The position numbers and the translations under genes are program-made. The notes under the pieces are model-generated. The model was not told the origin of the DNA. It was given only the letters and a program-made list of their open reading frames with translations, and made no database searches. Positions 35,233 to 44,654 of a stretch of 64,000 nucleotides of DNA are shown here, one piece after another. Source of the stretch: an uncultured Gemmatimonadales bacterium (GTDB taxonomy: Bacteria; Gemmatimonadota; Gemmatimonadetes; Gemmatimonadales; GWC2-71-9); contig CAVYZY010000008.1 in assembly GCA_963773095.1 (NCBI GenBank), forward strand, positions 266,589 through 330,588, read 5' to 3'. Numbering within the stretch: the first letter of the stretch is position 1; every line of letters begins with the position of its first letter.

Positions 35233-36494
35233 TGCGGCTTCGATACCTCGCTGCCGCCGTGGTCACACTGGCGTTCGCCCTTGGCGGACGCCAGTTGTGG
35301 TATCAAAACCGTGCATCGCCAGCCATTGCTCCTGCCGTCCTCGCCCTGGATTCCACCGCACCGGCCATCGAGTCACCCGATACGCTGCACCGCGGCGAGA
35401 CGCTGGCGCACCTCTTCGCGCGGCACGGGCTGGGCGCGGCGGAAGTGAAGCACCTGGCGGCGATGCTCGACCTGAGGAGGCTCAAGGCCGGGCTCGTGTT
35501 TCACGTACGGCGCCAGCACGCCGATTCCGCGCCGGACCAGATCAGCGTGCGCACCGGCCCGGAGCAGCGGCTCAAGCTGACACGCCTCTCGGCCAACTGG
35601 CTCGCGACCGCGGAGCCGATTCGCTGGTATGTGGACACGGTGCGGTATGCCGGATCGATCGAATCGTCGCTGTACGAGGCACTCGACCGCGCGGTGCCGT
35701 GGTCGTCGCTCGCGAGCGATGAGCGGATCAAGCTTGCGTGGGAGCTTGCCGACGTGTTCGCGTGGCAACTCGACTTCAGCCGTGACCTGCAACCGGGCGA
35801 CAAGTTCCAGGTGGTGCTGGAGCGCCTTACTTCCGAGGAAGGCGAGACGCGAACCGGCGACGTGCTCGCTGCCGACCTCGAGGTGAACGGCAGGCCGGTG
35901 AGCGCGTTCCGGTTCACGGAAAACGACAAGCCGGGATTCTTCGACGCGGCGGGGCTTTCGCTGCGGCGCGCATTCCTCCGGGCGCCGGTAGAGTTCCGGC
36001 GCATTTCCAGCCGCTTCAACCGGGCGCGGATGCACCCGGTGCTCGGCTACGCGCGGCGGCACGAGGGCACCGACTACGCCGCCGATGCGGGCACGCCGGT
36101 GATGTCGGCGGGCGACGGGACGGTGGTGAGCACCGGGTGGAGCGGGGGCTACGGCAACATGGTGGTGGTACGTCACCGCAACGGGATCACGACACGCTAC
36201 GGTCACCTGCGCGGGTTTGCCGCGGGAGTGCGGGCCGGGGCGAGCGTGGCGCAGGGCGAGGTGATCGGGTATGTCGGGTCGACGGGGCTCGCGACCGGGC
36301 CGCACCTGCACTACGAGTTCCGGGTGAACGGTGCGGCGCGGGATCCCTCGCGGGTGGACCTGGGCGACGGCGAACCGATCGCGCCGTCGCTCAAGCCCGC
36401 GTTCGATGCCGACCGACTCCTGCTGACTCACCTGCTGCTGGCGCAGCCGGTCAGGGCGGTGGCGACGACACCGGCCACCGCGCCGCCGCCGTAA
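35232..36494 (+). CDS. M23/LytM-family metallopeptidase
   Basis: HEGTDYAADAGTPV (HxxxD) and GPHLHYEF (HxH) zinc ligands intact. N-terminal TM. ATG 35232 shares one nt with the ftsZ stop (TGATG); the track start TTG 35229 is the alternative. Confidence 0.85.
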   Translation: MRLRYLAAAVVTLAFALGGRQLWYQNRASPAIAPAVLALDSTAPAIESPDTLHRGETLAHLFARHGLGAAEVKHLAAMLDLRRLKAGLVFHVRRQHADSAPDQISVRTGPEQRLKLTRLSANWLATAEPIRWYVDTVRYAGSIESSLYEALDRAVPWSSLASDERIKLAWELADVFAWQLDFSRDLQPGDKFQVVLERLTSEEGETRTGDVLAADLEVNGRPVSAFRFTENDKPGFFDAAGLSLRRAFLRAPVEFRRISSRFNRARMHPVLGYARRHEGTDYAADAGTPVMSAGDGTVVSTGWSGGYGNMVVVRHRNGITTRYGHLRGFAAGVRAGASVAQGEVIGYVGSTGLATGPHLHYEFRVNGAARDPSRVDLGDGEPIAPSLKPAFDADRLLLTHLLLAQPVRAVATTPATAPPP

Positions 36495-36691
36495 TCTCCG
36501 GGCCAGGACGTCGCTTTCTCTCCGTAGTTCCTCGCAGTTCTCTCGCCGCTTGTGAACCTTTCTTCCTTTTCTCGTTGCTGGTCCGCATCTTCATACCGCA
36601 CCGTGGCATCTGAGTCCTGTCCAGACATGCCAGAGGCGGGGACGGAGTGAGTCGCGGGCCACAGGCAGGATGAACCCGAGGAGCACGGAGG

Positions 36692-39337
36692 ATGAGGAGC
36701 ATGAGTGCAGCAGCCGGGGTCATCACTGGTGCCACCGCCCTGCTCGTGGGAATGCTCGCGGCCGAACCGCTGGCGGCGCAGGTGATCACCGGCACGCCTG
36801 GCTCCCCCAGTGCTACGACCACGATCAAGGGCGACCAAATGCCGGTCGGCCAGCCGCCGTTCGGCGGCGTGATCAAGGAAAGTGCGAAGCAGTCGACACC
36901 GTGGTGGGCGCCACGCATCGTGCCGCCCAAGGGGGCGCCAAACATCCTCCTGATCATGACGGATGACCAGGGGTATGGCGTGCCCGGGACCTTCGGCGGC
37001 GTGATCCCGACGCCGGCGCTGGATCGCATCGCGAAGGCCGGGCTGCGCTACACCCAGTTCCACTCCACTGCGCTCTGCTCGCCCACGCGGGCGGCGCTGA
37101 TTACTGGCCGCAACCATCACGCGGTCGGCGCCGGCGTCGTTGGAGAGCTCTCCACCGGCTTCCCCGGATACAACTCGATCATCGGCCCCGAGAATGCCAC
37201 GATCGGCCGGATCCTCGAAGGCAACGGCTACGCCACGTCCTGGTTCGGCAAGAACCACAACACGCCAGGGTTCCAGTTCAGCAGTGCCGCCGGACCCTTC
37301 GAGCAGTGGCCCTCGGGCATGGGCTTCCAGTACTTCTACGGCTTCATGGGCGGCGAGACCGACCAGTGGCAGCCGTACCTCTTCCGCGATCACACCCAGA
37401 TCTTCCCCTGGATCGGGAAGCCGGGCTACAACCTCATCACCGACATGGCCGACGACGCCATCCGGTACGTGAATGAACTGAACGCCGCGGCACCGGACAA
37501 GCCGTTCTTCCTCTACTACGTGCCGGGCGGCACGCATTCGCCGCACCAGCCGAAGCCGGAGTGGGTGGAGAAGTTCAAGGGCAAGTTCGACATGGGCTTC
37601 GAGAAGCTGCGCGACTCGATCTTCGCCAACCAGAAGCGGCTGGGCGTGATCCCGGCCAATACCCAGCTCACCCCCTGGCCGGCCGACCTGCCCAAGTGGG
37701 ACACGCTCAAGCCGGTGCAGAAGAAGCTCTTCACCCGGCAGGTGGAGGTGTTCGCGGGCTACGCGGCGTACACGGACTACGAGATCGGGCGCGTCATCCA
37801 GGCGGTGCAGGACCTGGGCAAGCTCGACAACACGCTGATCATCTACATCGACGGTGACAACGGCACGAGCCCGGAGGGCGGCATCGATGGCACCTTCAAC
37901 CAGTTGACCGCCTACAACGGGATCTTCAACCTCCCTGAGGCGTTGCAGCTCCTGCATGCCCCCGCCTGGGGAAGCGACAAGACCTACCCGCACATGTCGG
38001 CGGCGTGGACCTGGGCATTCGACACCCCGTTCAAGTGGACCAAGCAGGTAGCGTCGCACTTCGGCGGTACGCGCCAGGGGCTGGCGATCTCGTGGCCGGG
38101 ACACATCACGGACGAGGGGGGCATCCGGACCCAGTTCCATCACGTCATCGACATCGTCCCGACGATCCTCGAAGCCACCGGGATCAGGGCGCCGGACATG
38201 GTCGACGGGATCATGCAGCACCCGATGGACGGGGTGAGCATGGCGTACACCTTCGACCAGGCGAACGCGAACGCACCGTCGAGGCGCGAAACCCAGTACT
38301 TCGAGATGGTCGGCAACCGCGCGATCTATCACGATGGCTGGATCGCCGCCACGACGCCGCCGCAGCCACCGTGGAAGCTTGGTGCCCCGATGCCGGAGCT
38401 TTCGGGCTACAAGTGGGAGCTGTACAACATCGCGGACGACTACTCGGAGAACATCGACCTCGCCGCCAGCAACCCGGCCAAGCTCGCGGAGATGCAGGCG
38501 CTGTTCCTGTCGGAGGCGGCCAAGTACAACGTCCTTCCGCTGGACAACTCGGGGTTCTCGCGAGCGCTCACGCCGCGACCGAGCGCCGTGGCGGGAATGA
38601 CGGAGTTCACCTACAGTGGGCCCAACCCCGGCATCCCGCCGGGCAACGCGCCGAACATCCTGGACCGCGACTACACCGTTTCGGCACAGGTGACGATCCC
38701 CAAGGGCGGGGCCGAGGGGATGATCGCGACGCTGGGCGGCCGGTTCGGGGGATACGGCCTCTACCTGAGCCGGAGCTTCAACTGGTGGTTCCGCGAGACG
38801 CTGTTCCGGCGGGTGGGCCTGGGGTTGCTGGCCTTGGGGCTGGTCCTGAGCCTCTTCGGCAAGGGCGGCAAGTGGTCACGCGGCCTGATGTACCTGGGAG
38901 CGGCATGGGTGGTGGTGGTATTCGGTGCGGGGGGGCTCGGTATGGGCCGCGGCAGGCCGGTGTTCGTCTACAATTTCCTGGACCTGGAGCGGTTCAAGTG
39001 GGCAGGCCCGTCGCTCAGCGCGGGCACGCACACGATCGTATTCGACTTCAAGTATGACGGTCCTGGCCCGGCCAAGGGCGGCACCGGCGTGCTGAGCGTC
39101 GACGGCAAGGAAGTCGATCGCAAATCAGTCAAGCACACGATCCCGCTGCTGATGACTGTCGACGAGACTTTCGACATCGGGAGCGATACCCGGACGCCGG
39201 TGGACGACAACGCGTACCAGGTGCCGTTCACCTTCACCGGCACGATCGACACGCTGCGGATCAAGCTCGGACCGGAGCAGCTTTCCGAGCCCGAGAAGCA
39301 GGCCGCCGCGGCAATGGTGGCCGCGGCGAACAACTAG
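36692..39337 (+). CDS. Cys-type arylsulfatase (about 880 aa) with hydrophobic insertion in the C-terminal domain
   Basis: Signal peptide; ILLIMTDDQGYG, sulfatase signature LCSPTRAALITGRNHH (C-x-P-x-R), GTHSPH. Start ATG 36692 or 36701. Confidence 0.88.
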   Translation: MRSMSAAAGVITGATALLVGMLAAEPLAAQVITGTPGSPSATTTIKGDQMPVGQPPFGGVIKESAKQSTPWWAPRIVPPKGAPNILLIMTDDQGYGVPGTFGGVIPTPALDRIAKAGLRYTQFHSTALCSPTRAALITGRNHHAVGAGVVGELSTGFPGYNSIIGPENATIGRILEGNGYATSWFGKNHNTPGFQFSSAAGPFEQWPSGMGFQYFYGFMGGETDQWQPYLFRDHTQIFPWIGKPGYNLITDMADDAIRYVNELNAAAPDKPFFLYYVPGGTHSPHQPKPEWVEKFKGKFDMGFEKLRDSIFANQKRLGVIPANTQLTPWPADLPKWDTLKPVQKKLFTRQVEVFAGYAAYTDYEIGRVIQAVQDLGKLDNTLIIYIDGDNGTSPEGGIDGTFNQLTAYNGIFNLPEALQLLHAPAWGSDKTYPHMSAAWTWAFDTPFKWTKQVASHFGGTRQGLAISWPGHITDEGGIRTQFHHVIDIVPTILEATGIRAPDMVDGIMQHPMDGVSMAYTFDQANANAPSRRETQYFEMVGNRAIYHDGWIAATTPPQPPWKLGAPMPELSGYKWELYNIADDYSENIDLAASNPAKLAEMQALFLSEAAKYNVLPLDNSGFSRALTPRPSAVAGMTEFTYSGPNPGIPPGNAPNILDRDYTVSAQVTIPKGGAEGMIATLGGRFGGYGLYLSRSFNWWFRETLFRRVGLGLLALGLVLSLFGKGGKWSRGLMYLGAAWVVVVFGAGGLGMGRGRPVFVYNFLDLERFKWAGPSLSAGTHTIVFDFKYDGPGPAKGGTGVLSVDGKEVDRKSVKHTIPLLMTVDETFDIGSDTRTPVDDNAYQVPFTFTGTIDTLRIKLGPEQLSEPEKQAAAAMVAAANN

Positions 39338-39343
39338 GTGGTT

Positions 39344-39838
39344 TCAGAAGCTGAACCCCAGTTCCGCGCCGAACACGAACACCGCCCGGCCGTTGGCCAG
39401 GTCGAGGTTCACATTGGGGCCGAGGCTCCACCGCTCCGTGAGTTCGAAGTCGTAGTCCGCGCCGAGCCGCAGCACGAACGCCGACTCGTCCTCCGCCTCG
39501 ATGCGCTCGAACCCGGGCGCGATGTCGAGGCGCATCGGTGGTAGCGGATGCCAATAGAGCGCGCCCGCCGCGATGAAGGCCCGCTCACCCCCGAAGGCCT
39601 TGTCGATGATCACGCCCACCCCGAAATGCGGGCCCAGCCGCCGTTCGTAGTCGAGGCCGAGGGTGAAGGCGGACCCTTCATCTTCCACTGTCCCGCCAAC
39701 GAACCCCGAGAGCTTGTTGCGGAATCGGGGCGCCGCCTCCGGCGACTCCGGTGCCGTGCCTTCCTCCTGCGCAGCCCCGGGGACGGCTGCGGCCGCGGCA
39801 AGCGTCACGAGCAGGGCCGCACTGCGGAACAGGTTCAT
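39344..39838 (-). CDS. Small secreted beta-barrel-like outer-membrane protein (164 aa)
   Basis: Signal peptide MNLFRSAALLVTLAAAAAVPGAAQ, alternating beta-strand pattern, C-terminal ...AELGFSF (aromatic terminus). Only the last 495 nt of track ORF 39344-40273 are credible. Confidence 0.6.
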   Translation of the reverse strand: MNLFRSAALLVTLAAAAAVPGAAQEEGTAPESPEAAPRFRNKLSGFVGGTVEDEGSAFTLGLDYERRLGPHFGVGVIIDKAFGGERAFIAAGALYWHPLPPMRLDIAPGFERIEAEDESAFVLRLGADYDFELTERWSLGPNVNLDLANGRAVFVFGAELGFSF

Positions 39839-39936
39839 GAAGATCCTCGAGAAGGGGGGACGCTGGTCGCCGTGGCAGAAGAGCCCCATTAGCTTGCCGT
39901 GCTCGACCGCGCCTGTCCACCCGACCTTAGCACTGG

Positions 39937-40662
39937 TTGCGCGTGATTCTCTATCCTGCCATAGACCTTCGTCGCGGCCGCGTTGTGCGGCTGACTCAAG
40001 GCAGCGCCGCGAAGGAAACCGTGTATTCCCACGACCCGGTGGCCCAGGCCCAGGCGTTCGTAGCCGACGGAGCATCGTGGCTCCACGTCGTCGACCTCGA
40101 CCGTGCCTTCGGCGACGGCGACAATCTCCGGGTGATGGCGTCCATCGTCGCGGCACAGGGCCCAGGGGTGAGCGTGCAGGCGGGCGGTGGCTTCCGCACC
40201 CTGGTGACGATCGGAGCCGCCATCGAGGCCGGGATGTCGCGGGTGGTGATCGGGACGGCTGCCGTACGGACACCCGCGTTGCTCGCCGAGGCGGTGGCGG
40301 CGGTGGGAGCCGACCGGCTCGCGGTGGGCCTCGATGCGCGGGCAGGAATAGTGGCGGTGCGGGGCTGGACCGAGCGCACAGGTGTGCGAGTGGAGGAGGC
40401 CGCGCGCCGGGCCATCGACGCTGGCATCAAGACCATCGTCTATACCGATATCGAGCGTGACGGGATGCTGACCGGGCCGGATCTCGAGGGCTGTCAGGCC
40501 CTGATCGCGCTCGGCGCCGAGGTCATCGGCAGCGGCGGGTTCGCCACACTGGAGCATGTCGAAGCCGCGCGTGATGCCGGTTGTGCCGGGGCGATCCTGG
40601 GGCGGTCGCTGTACGAGAAGACGATGTCGCTGCCGGAGGCGATCGCAGCCGCGACAGCGTGA
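39937..40662 (+). CDS. hisA: ProFAR isomerase HisA (or HisA/PriA type)
   Basis: ILYPAIDLRRGRVVRL, LHVVDLDRAFG, VQAGGGFR, VVIGTAA, IVYTDIERDGML, GSGG. TTG 39937 or GTG 39943 start. No other his genes nearby. Confidence 0.85.
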   Translation: MRVILYPAIDLRRGRVVRLTQGSAAKETVYSHDPVAQAQAFVADGASWLHVVDLDRAFGDGDNLRVMASIVAAQGPGVSVQAGGGFRTLVTIGAAIEAGMSRVVIGTAAVRTPALLAEAVAAVGADRLAVGLDARAGIVAVRGWTERTGVRVEEAARRAIDAGIKTIVYTDIERDGMLTGPDLEGCQALIALGAEVIGSGGFATLEHVEAARDAGCAGAILGRSLYEKTMSLPEAIAAATA

Positions 40663-40693
40663 GCGGTGAGCGGTAAGCAGTAAGCGGTGAGCA
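40659..40693 (+). repeat. Tandem heptamer array GTGAGCG GTGAGCG GTAAGCA GTAAGCG GTGAGCA (single arm)
   Basis: The hisA stop codon TGA (40660-40662) is inside the first unit. No inverted partner array seen downstream. Confidence 0.85.
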
Positions 40694-40742
40694 GGAGCTT
40701 CTGGAGTGGCGGGCAGGCAGCGTCCGTAGTTAGGATGCTGCC

Positions 40743-43031
40743 GTGACGTTCGATACCCATTCGCTGGTTCGTCGTTCCATCGTTCTTGTCGCCCTCTTAC
40801 TCGCTGCCGCATGCGGCGAGCGAGGCGCGACGATGCCCGCAGCGGCCATCGCCAATGCGCGGTACGTGGGCGGCAAGGCGTGCGTGGACTGCCACGAGAA
40901 GGAGTACGCCGCCTGGGCGCCGTCGCAGCATGCCGGTGCCATGAAGCACGCCGCCGACTCCACCGTTCTCGCCAACTTCGACAACACCAGCTTCAACGAC
41001 GGCCGGGTCACGACGCGGTTCTCGCGGCGCGACGGCAAGTTCATGGTCAGCACCGAGGGTCCCGACAGCAAGCCGCACGACTACGAGGTGAAGTACACGT
41101 TCGGACTCTTTCCGCTGCAGCAGTACCTCATCGACATCGACAACGGGCGGATCCAGTCGCTCACGATCGCCTGGGATTCACGCGCCAAGGCAGACGGCGG
41201 GCAGCGCTGGTTCTCGCTATATCCGGGCGAGAAGATCCTGCCGGGTGAGTCCATCCATTGGACGGGCCGGGACCAGAACTGGAACTTCATGTGCGCGGAG
41301 TGTCATTCGACCAACGTGAAGAAGAACTACGACCCGACCCAGCCGCGTTACACCACCTCGTGGACCGACATCAGCGTGAACTGCGAGGCATGCCATGGGG
41401 CGGGGTCGGAGCATGTGGCGTGGGCGGGCGATAAGGAGGCCAATAGGGCGGGGAGGGCGGGGAAGGCGGGTGAGATGGGGTTGGTCGTGGAGTTCGATGA
41501 GCGGCAGGGTGTGGCCTGGACTATCGATTCCGCGACAGGGAAGCCGGTGCGAAGCAGCCCGAGGCGTACTGACAAGGAAATCGAGACTTGCGGCCTGTGC
41601 CATGCGCGGCGGGCGCAGCTCGAGGACGGGTATGTGCCGGGGCAGTCGCTGGGCACCACGGAGCAGGTGGCGCTGCTCGAGCCGGGCCTATTCTGGCCCG
41701 ACGGGCAGATGCGCGACGAGGTGTACAACTACGCCCTGTTCCTGCAGAGCAAGATGTACAGCAAGGGTGTCACCTGCAGCGACTGCCATGACCCGCATAC
41801 GTCGAAGCTGCGGGCGCCGGGGGCGCAGGTGTGCCTGGCCTGTCACAGCAAGGAAAAGTACGCCCCGCCGTCGCACGACCACCACCCGGCGGGCACCACG
41901 CGCGTGGACTGCGTGAGCTGTCACATGCCGTCGGCGACCTACATGGTGATCGACGTGCGGCACGATCACGGCTTCCGGGTGCCGCGGCCGGAGCAGACGG
42001 TGCGGTTCGGGGTGCCCAACACGTGCAATGCGTGCCACCGGGAGCAGTCGGCGCAGTGGGCCGCGGACCAGGTGGCGAAGTGGTATGGGCATGCCCCGGA
42101 GGGGTTTCAGCGCTACGCCGAGACGCTCTACAACTCGGAGCGGCACCTCCCGGGATCACTGGCGCGACTTACCGGGCTCGCGGGCGACACGCTGCAACCG
42201 GCGATCGCGCGGGCCACGGCGGTGAGCCGGCTCCCCGGATACAACGCGCCGAGTGCGGTGTCGGCGGCGGAAGCGGTGGTGGCTGACCGCAATCCACTTC
42301 TGCGCGCCGCGGCGGTGACGGCGCTCGAGGGCGTCGAACCCGGTGAGCGTGTGCGGCTGCTGGCGCCGCGACTCTCGGACTCCATCCTGGCGGTGCGCAC
42401 CGAGGCGGCACGCGCGCTCGCGGGGCTTGAGCAGCAGATGCCCGATTCGGCGAAGGCGGCGTTCGGCATGGCGCTGCAGGAATACATCGATGTGCAGATG
42501 TTCAACGCCGACCGGCCGGAGTCGTGGACCAACCTGGCCGGGGTCCACGCGCTCCGCGGCGAACGCGCCAAGGCGCTCATGGCCTACGGCAGGGCGCTGG
42601 CGCTGGATTCGGCGTTCGTCCCGGCGTGGGTCAACCTGGCCGACTACCTGAGGGCGACCGGGAACGAGACGGGGGCCGGGGCGGCGTTGCGGGACGGGAT
42701 CAGGCACAGTCCCGACAACGCATCACTGCATTACGCGCTGGGGCTGACACTCATCCGGCAGCGGCAGTTGCCGGGTGCGATGGCCGAGCTCAAAGCGGCT
42801 GCCCGGCTTGCACCCGATGACGCCCACATCGGCTACGTGTATGGCGTGGCGCTGCATGACACCGGGAAGCCGAAGGAAGGGATCCGGCAGTTGGAGGCGG
42901 TGCTCAAGCAGCACCCGGATGATCTCCAGGTGCTGCAGGCACTCAGTTCATACTATCGCGAGGCTGGCGATGTGCAGCGCGCCTCGGCGGCGTCGGCGAA
43001 GCTGCAGGAGCTGAACGCGACTGGTCCCTGA
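40743..43031 (+). CDS. Octaheme c-type cytochrome fused to C-terminal TPR domain, lipoprotein
   Basis: Lipobox LLLAAAC. Eight CxxCH motifs (CVDCH, CAECH, CEACH, CGLCH, CSDCH, CLACH, CVSCH, CNACH). C-terminal TPRs (WTNLAGVHALRGERAKALMAYGRALALDS, LHYALGLTLIRQRQLPGAMAELKAAARLAP). Confidence 0.85.
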   Translation: MTFDTHSLVRRSIVLVALLLAAACGERGATMPAAAIANARYVGGKACVDCHEKEYAAWAPSQHAGAMKHAADSTVLANFDNTSFNDGRVTTRFSRRDGKFMVSTEGPDSKPHDYEVKYTFGLFPLQQYLIDIDNGRIQSLTIAWDSRAKADGGQRWFSLYPGEKILPGESIHWTGRDQNWNFMCAECHSTNVKKNYDPTQPRYTTSWTDISVNCEACHGAGSEHVAWAGDKEANRAGRAGKAGEMGLVVEFDERQGVAWTIDSATGKPVRSSPRRTDKEIETCGLCHARRAQLEDGYVPGQSLGTTEQVALLEPGLFWPDGQMRDEVYNYALFLQSKMYSKGVTCSDCHDPHTSKLRAPGAQVCLACHSKEKYAPPSHDHHPAGTTRVDCVSCHMPSATYMVIDVRHDHGFRVPRPEQTVRFGVPNTCNACHREQSAQWAADQVAKWYGHAPEGFQRYAETLYNSERHLPGSLARLTGLAGDTLQPAIARATAVSRLPGYNAPSAVSAAEAVVADRNPLLRAAAVTALEGVEPGERVRLLAPRLSDSILAVRTEAARALAGLEQQMPDSAKAAFGMALQEYIDVQMFNADRPESWTNLAGVHALRGERAKALMAYGRALALDSAFVPAWVNLADYLRATGNETGAGAALRDGIRHSPDNASLHYALGLTLIRQRQLPGAMAELKAAARLAPDDAHIGYVYGVALHDTGKPKEGIRQLEAVLKQHPDDLQVLQALSSYYREAGDVQRASAASAKLQELNATGP
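41448..41474 (+). repeat. In-frame 9-nt tandem array, 3 units (GCGGGGAGG GCGGGGAAG GCGGGTGAG) in the octaheme cytochrome gene
   Basis: Read directly; encodes AGR AGK AGE between heme motifs 3 and 4. Confidence 0.85.
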
Positions 43032-43038
43032 GGGCCCG

Positions 43039-44469
43039 CTACTCGGGTTCCGTCGCGAGCTCGATCCGCCCGGATCGGGCCGCCTTCATCAGCACCTCGT
43101 GATCGCGTTCCGTCTGGTCGGCGTAGGCCAGCGAGAAGTCCGCTATCGCCTCGTCAAAGACGTCGCTCTTGCCGAGGTAGCCCGTGATCTGAGCCGGCGA
43201 GCCGGAACGGGCGTGGGCCCGCGCCAGGCTCCAGCCGCAGATCGCGGCGAATTCGGCGATGACGCTTGGCGTGAACAACTCCACCTGCGGTCCGATCTTC
43301 ATATCCCGGAGCTGGCGGACGTAGAAGTGGCGCCCTTCCTTGCCCGTGGTCCAACCCAGAAAGATGTCACTGGCAGACTGCATGAGGCGGATGCCGTTCA
43401 CCACCCGCTGACCGTGATTGGGGTGCAGGCTGGCTCCGGCGTACGGCTCCAGGACCGATGTACGCGCCTCCTTGACCTGCAGGAACAGGGGATCCTCGGC
43501 GCTCGCCATCATCAGCATGACGGCGCACATCGTGCCGACGCTGCCCACGCCGACGACCTTGATCGCAATGTCCCCGAAGTCGAAGCGATCCAGCAACACG
43601 CGGCGGTCTTCCTGGAGTGACCGGCGATATTCCGCGAAGGCGTCGCGGACTCGCGCAACGAGGCTCTCCTCCGCGTCATCCCGCAGGTGGTAGATCAACG
43701 GCGGGTTGTCCTTGATTCGGGGCTTGGCTCCCGCCATCGCCGCGAGCTTGGGGAAGTCGTGCTCGAGCACGCTTCGCTCGCGGGCCCTGGCCAGCACCTT
43801 CCTGGCGCGCTCGCGCGCCTCCTTGTCGCCGACAGTTGCAGTCAGCCGGTCGATATCGAGGCTCGAATACCACACGTCGAGGATCCGCATCTCGCTGTAT
43901 TCCGCCATGTGCTCGCGATACGATCGCGCGGCGGCCAGCGTGGCGTCCCGGGCCACATCCTCGCTGAAGCCGTTGGAGCGGCTGGCCAAAACGAAACTCG
44001 CCGCCAGCCGCTTCACGTCCCATTCCCACGGGGCGGGAAGAGTCTCGTCCAGGTCGTTGATGTCGAAGATGACCCGCCGTTCCGGGGTCGCGAAGGCGCC
44101 GAAATTCATGAGGTGGGCGTCGCCACAGCACTGTACCCGCATCCCGGTCGCCGGTGTGCCGGCCAGGTCGGCCGCCATGTTGAGCGCCGCCCCGCGGTAG
44201 AACGTGAACGGCGACCGCAGCATGCGTCCGTGGCGGATAGGAATCAGCTCGGGAATACGCCCCTGGTTGGAGGACTCCATGAGCTCCACCGGATCCCGGC
44301 GGTCGAGGGGCGCTTTCCACTCCGCGTGCGAGCGTCGCGGGCAGGTCTCCCGCAGCTTCTTGCCCGCTGCCACGAGTTCGGACCGGGTGGGGCCGGGCCC
44401 GATACGCAGTTCACGCTCTGCCGCTGACTTGCGCGAGTCCTTGCGGGAAGACTTCTCTCTCGTGGCCAT
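43039..44469 (-). CDS. DUF2252-family protein
   Basis: PELIPIRHGRMLRSPFTFYRGAA, QCCGDAHLMNFG, FDINDLDETLPAPWEWDVKRL match my recollection of DUF2252. Start taken at MATREK (ATG 44469, AAGGA upstream) rather than the track start 44592. Confidence 0.75.
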   Translation of the reverse strand: MATREKSSRKDSRKSAAERELRIGPGPTRSELVAAGKKLRETCPRRSHAEWKAPLDRRDPVELMESSNQGRIPELIPIRHGRMLRSPFTFYRGAALNMAADLAGTPATGMRVQCCGDAHLMNFGAFATPERRVIFDINDLDETLPAPWEWDVKRLAASFVLASRSNGFSEDVARDATLAAARSYREHMAEYSEMRILDVWYSSLDIDRLTATVGDKEARERARKVLARARERSVLEHDFPKLAAMAGAKPRIKDNPPLIYHLRDDAEESLVARVRDAFAEYRRSLQEDRRVLLDRFDFGDIAIKVVGVGSVGTMCAVMLMMASAEDPLFLQVKEARTSVLEPYAGASLHPNHGQRVVNGIRLMQSASDIFLGWTTGKEGRHFYVRQLRDMKIGPQVELFTPSVIAEFAAICGWSLARAHARSGSPAQITGYLGKSDVFDEAIADFSLAYADQTERDHEVLMKAARSGRIELATEPE

Positions 44470-44654
44470 AAGGTCGTCCTTGTTGCGAGGCAGTTGCACG
44501 AGGCCGCCCACGCGGTTGGCATTCCGGTGCAGGCCAGATCTGTACGCCATGAAGATGCGGCGGAGGGATGCACACCGCCCTTGGAGTATCATGAAGGTGG
44601 CTTCACTGGAGACTCAAGGCAACAACGTGCCGCCTGTAGTGGCAGGCGGCGCGC

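Noticed and set aside
36495-36691. Pyrimidine-rich, AT-richer 197-nt region upstream of the arylsulfatase (CTTTCTCTCCGTAGTTCCTCGCAGTTCTCTCGCC...) considered as a riboswitch or sRNA.
   Set aside because: I could not recognise any known riboswitch core or a convincing conserved fold by eye. It is probably a promoter or 5' UTR. It is left unassigned.
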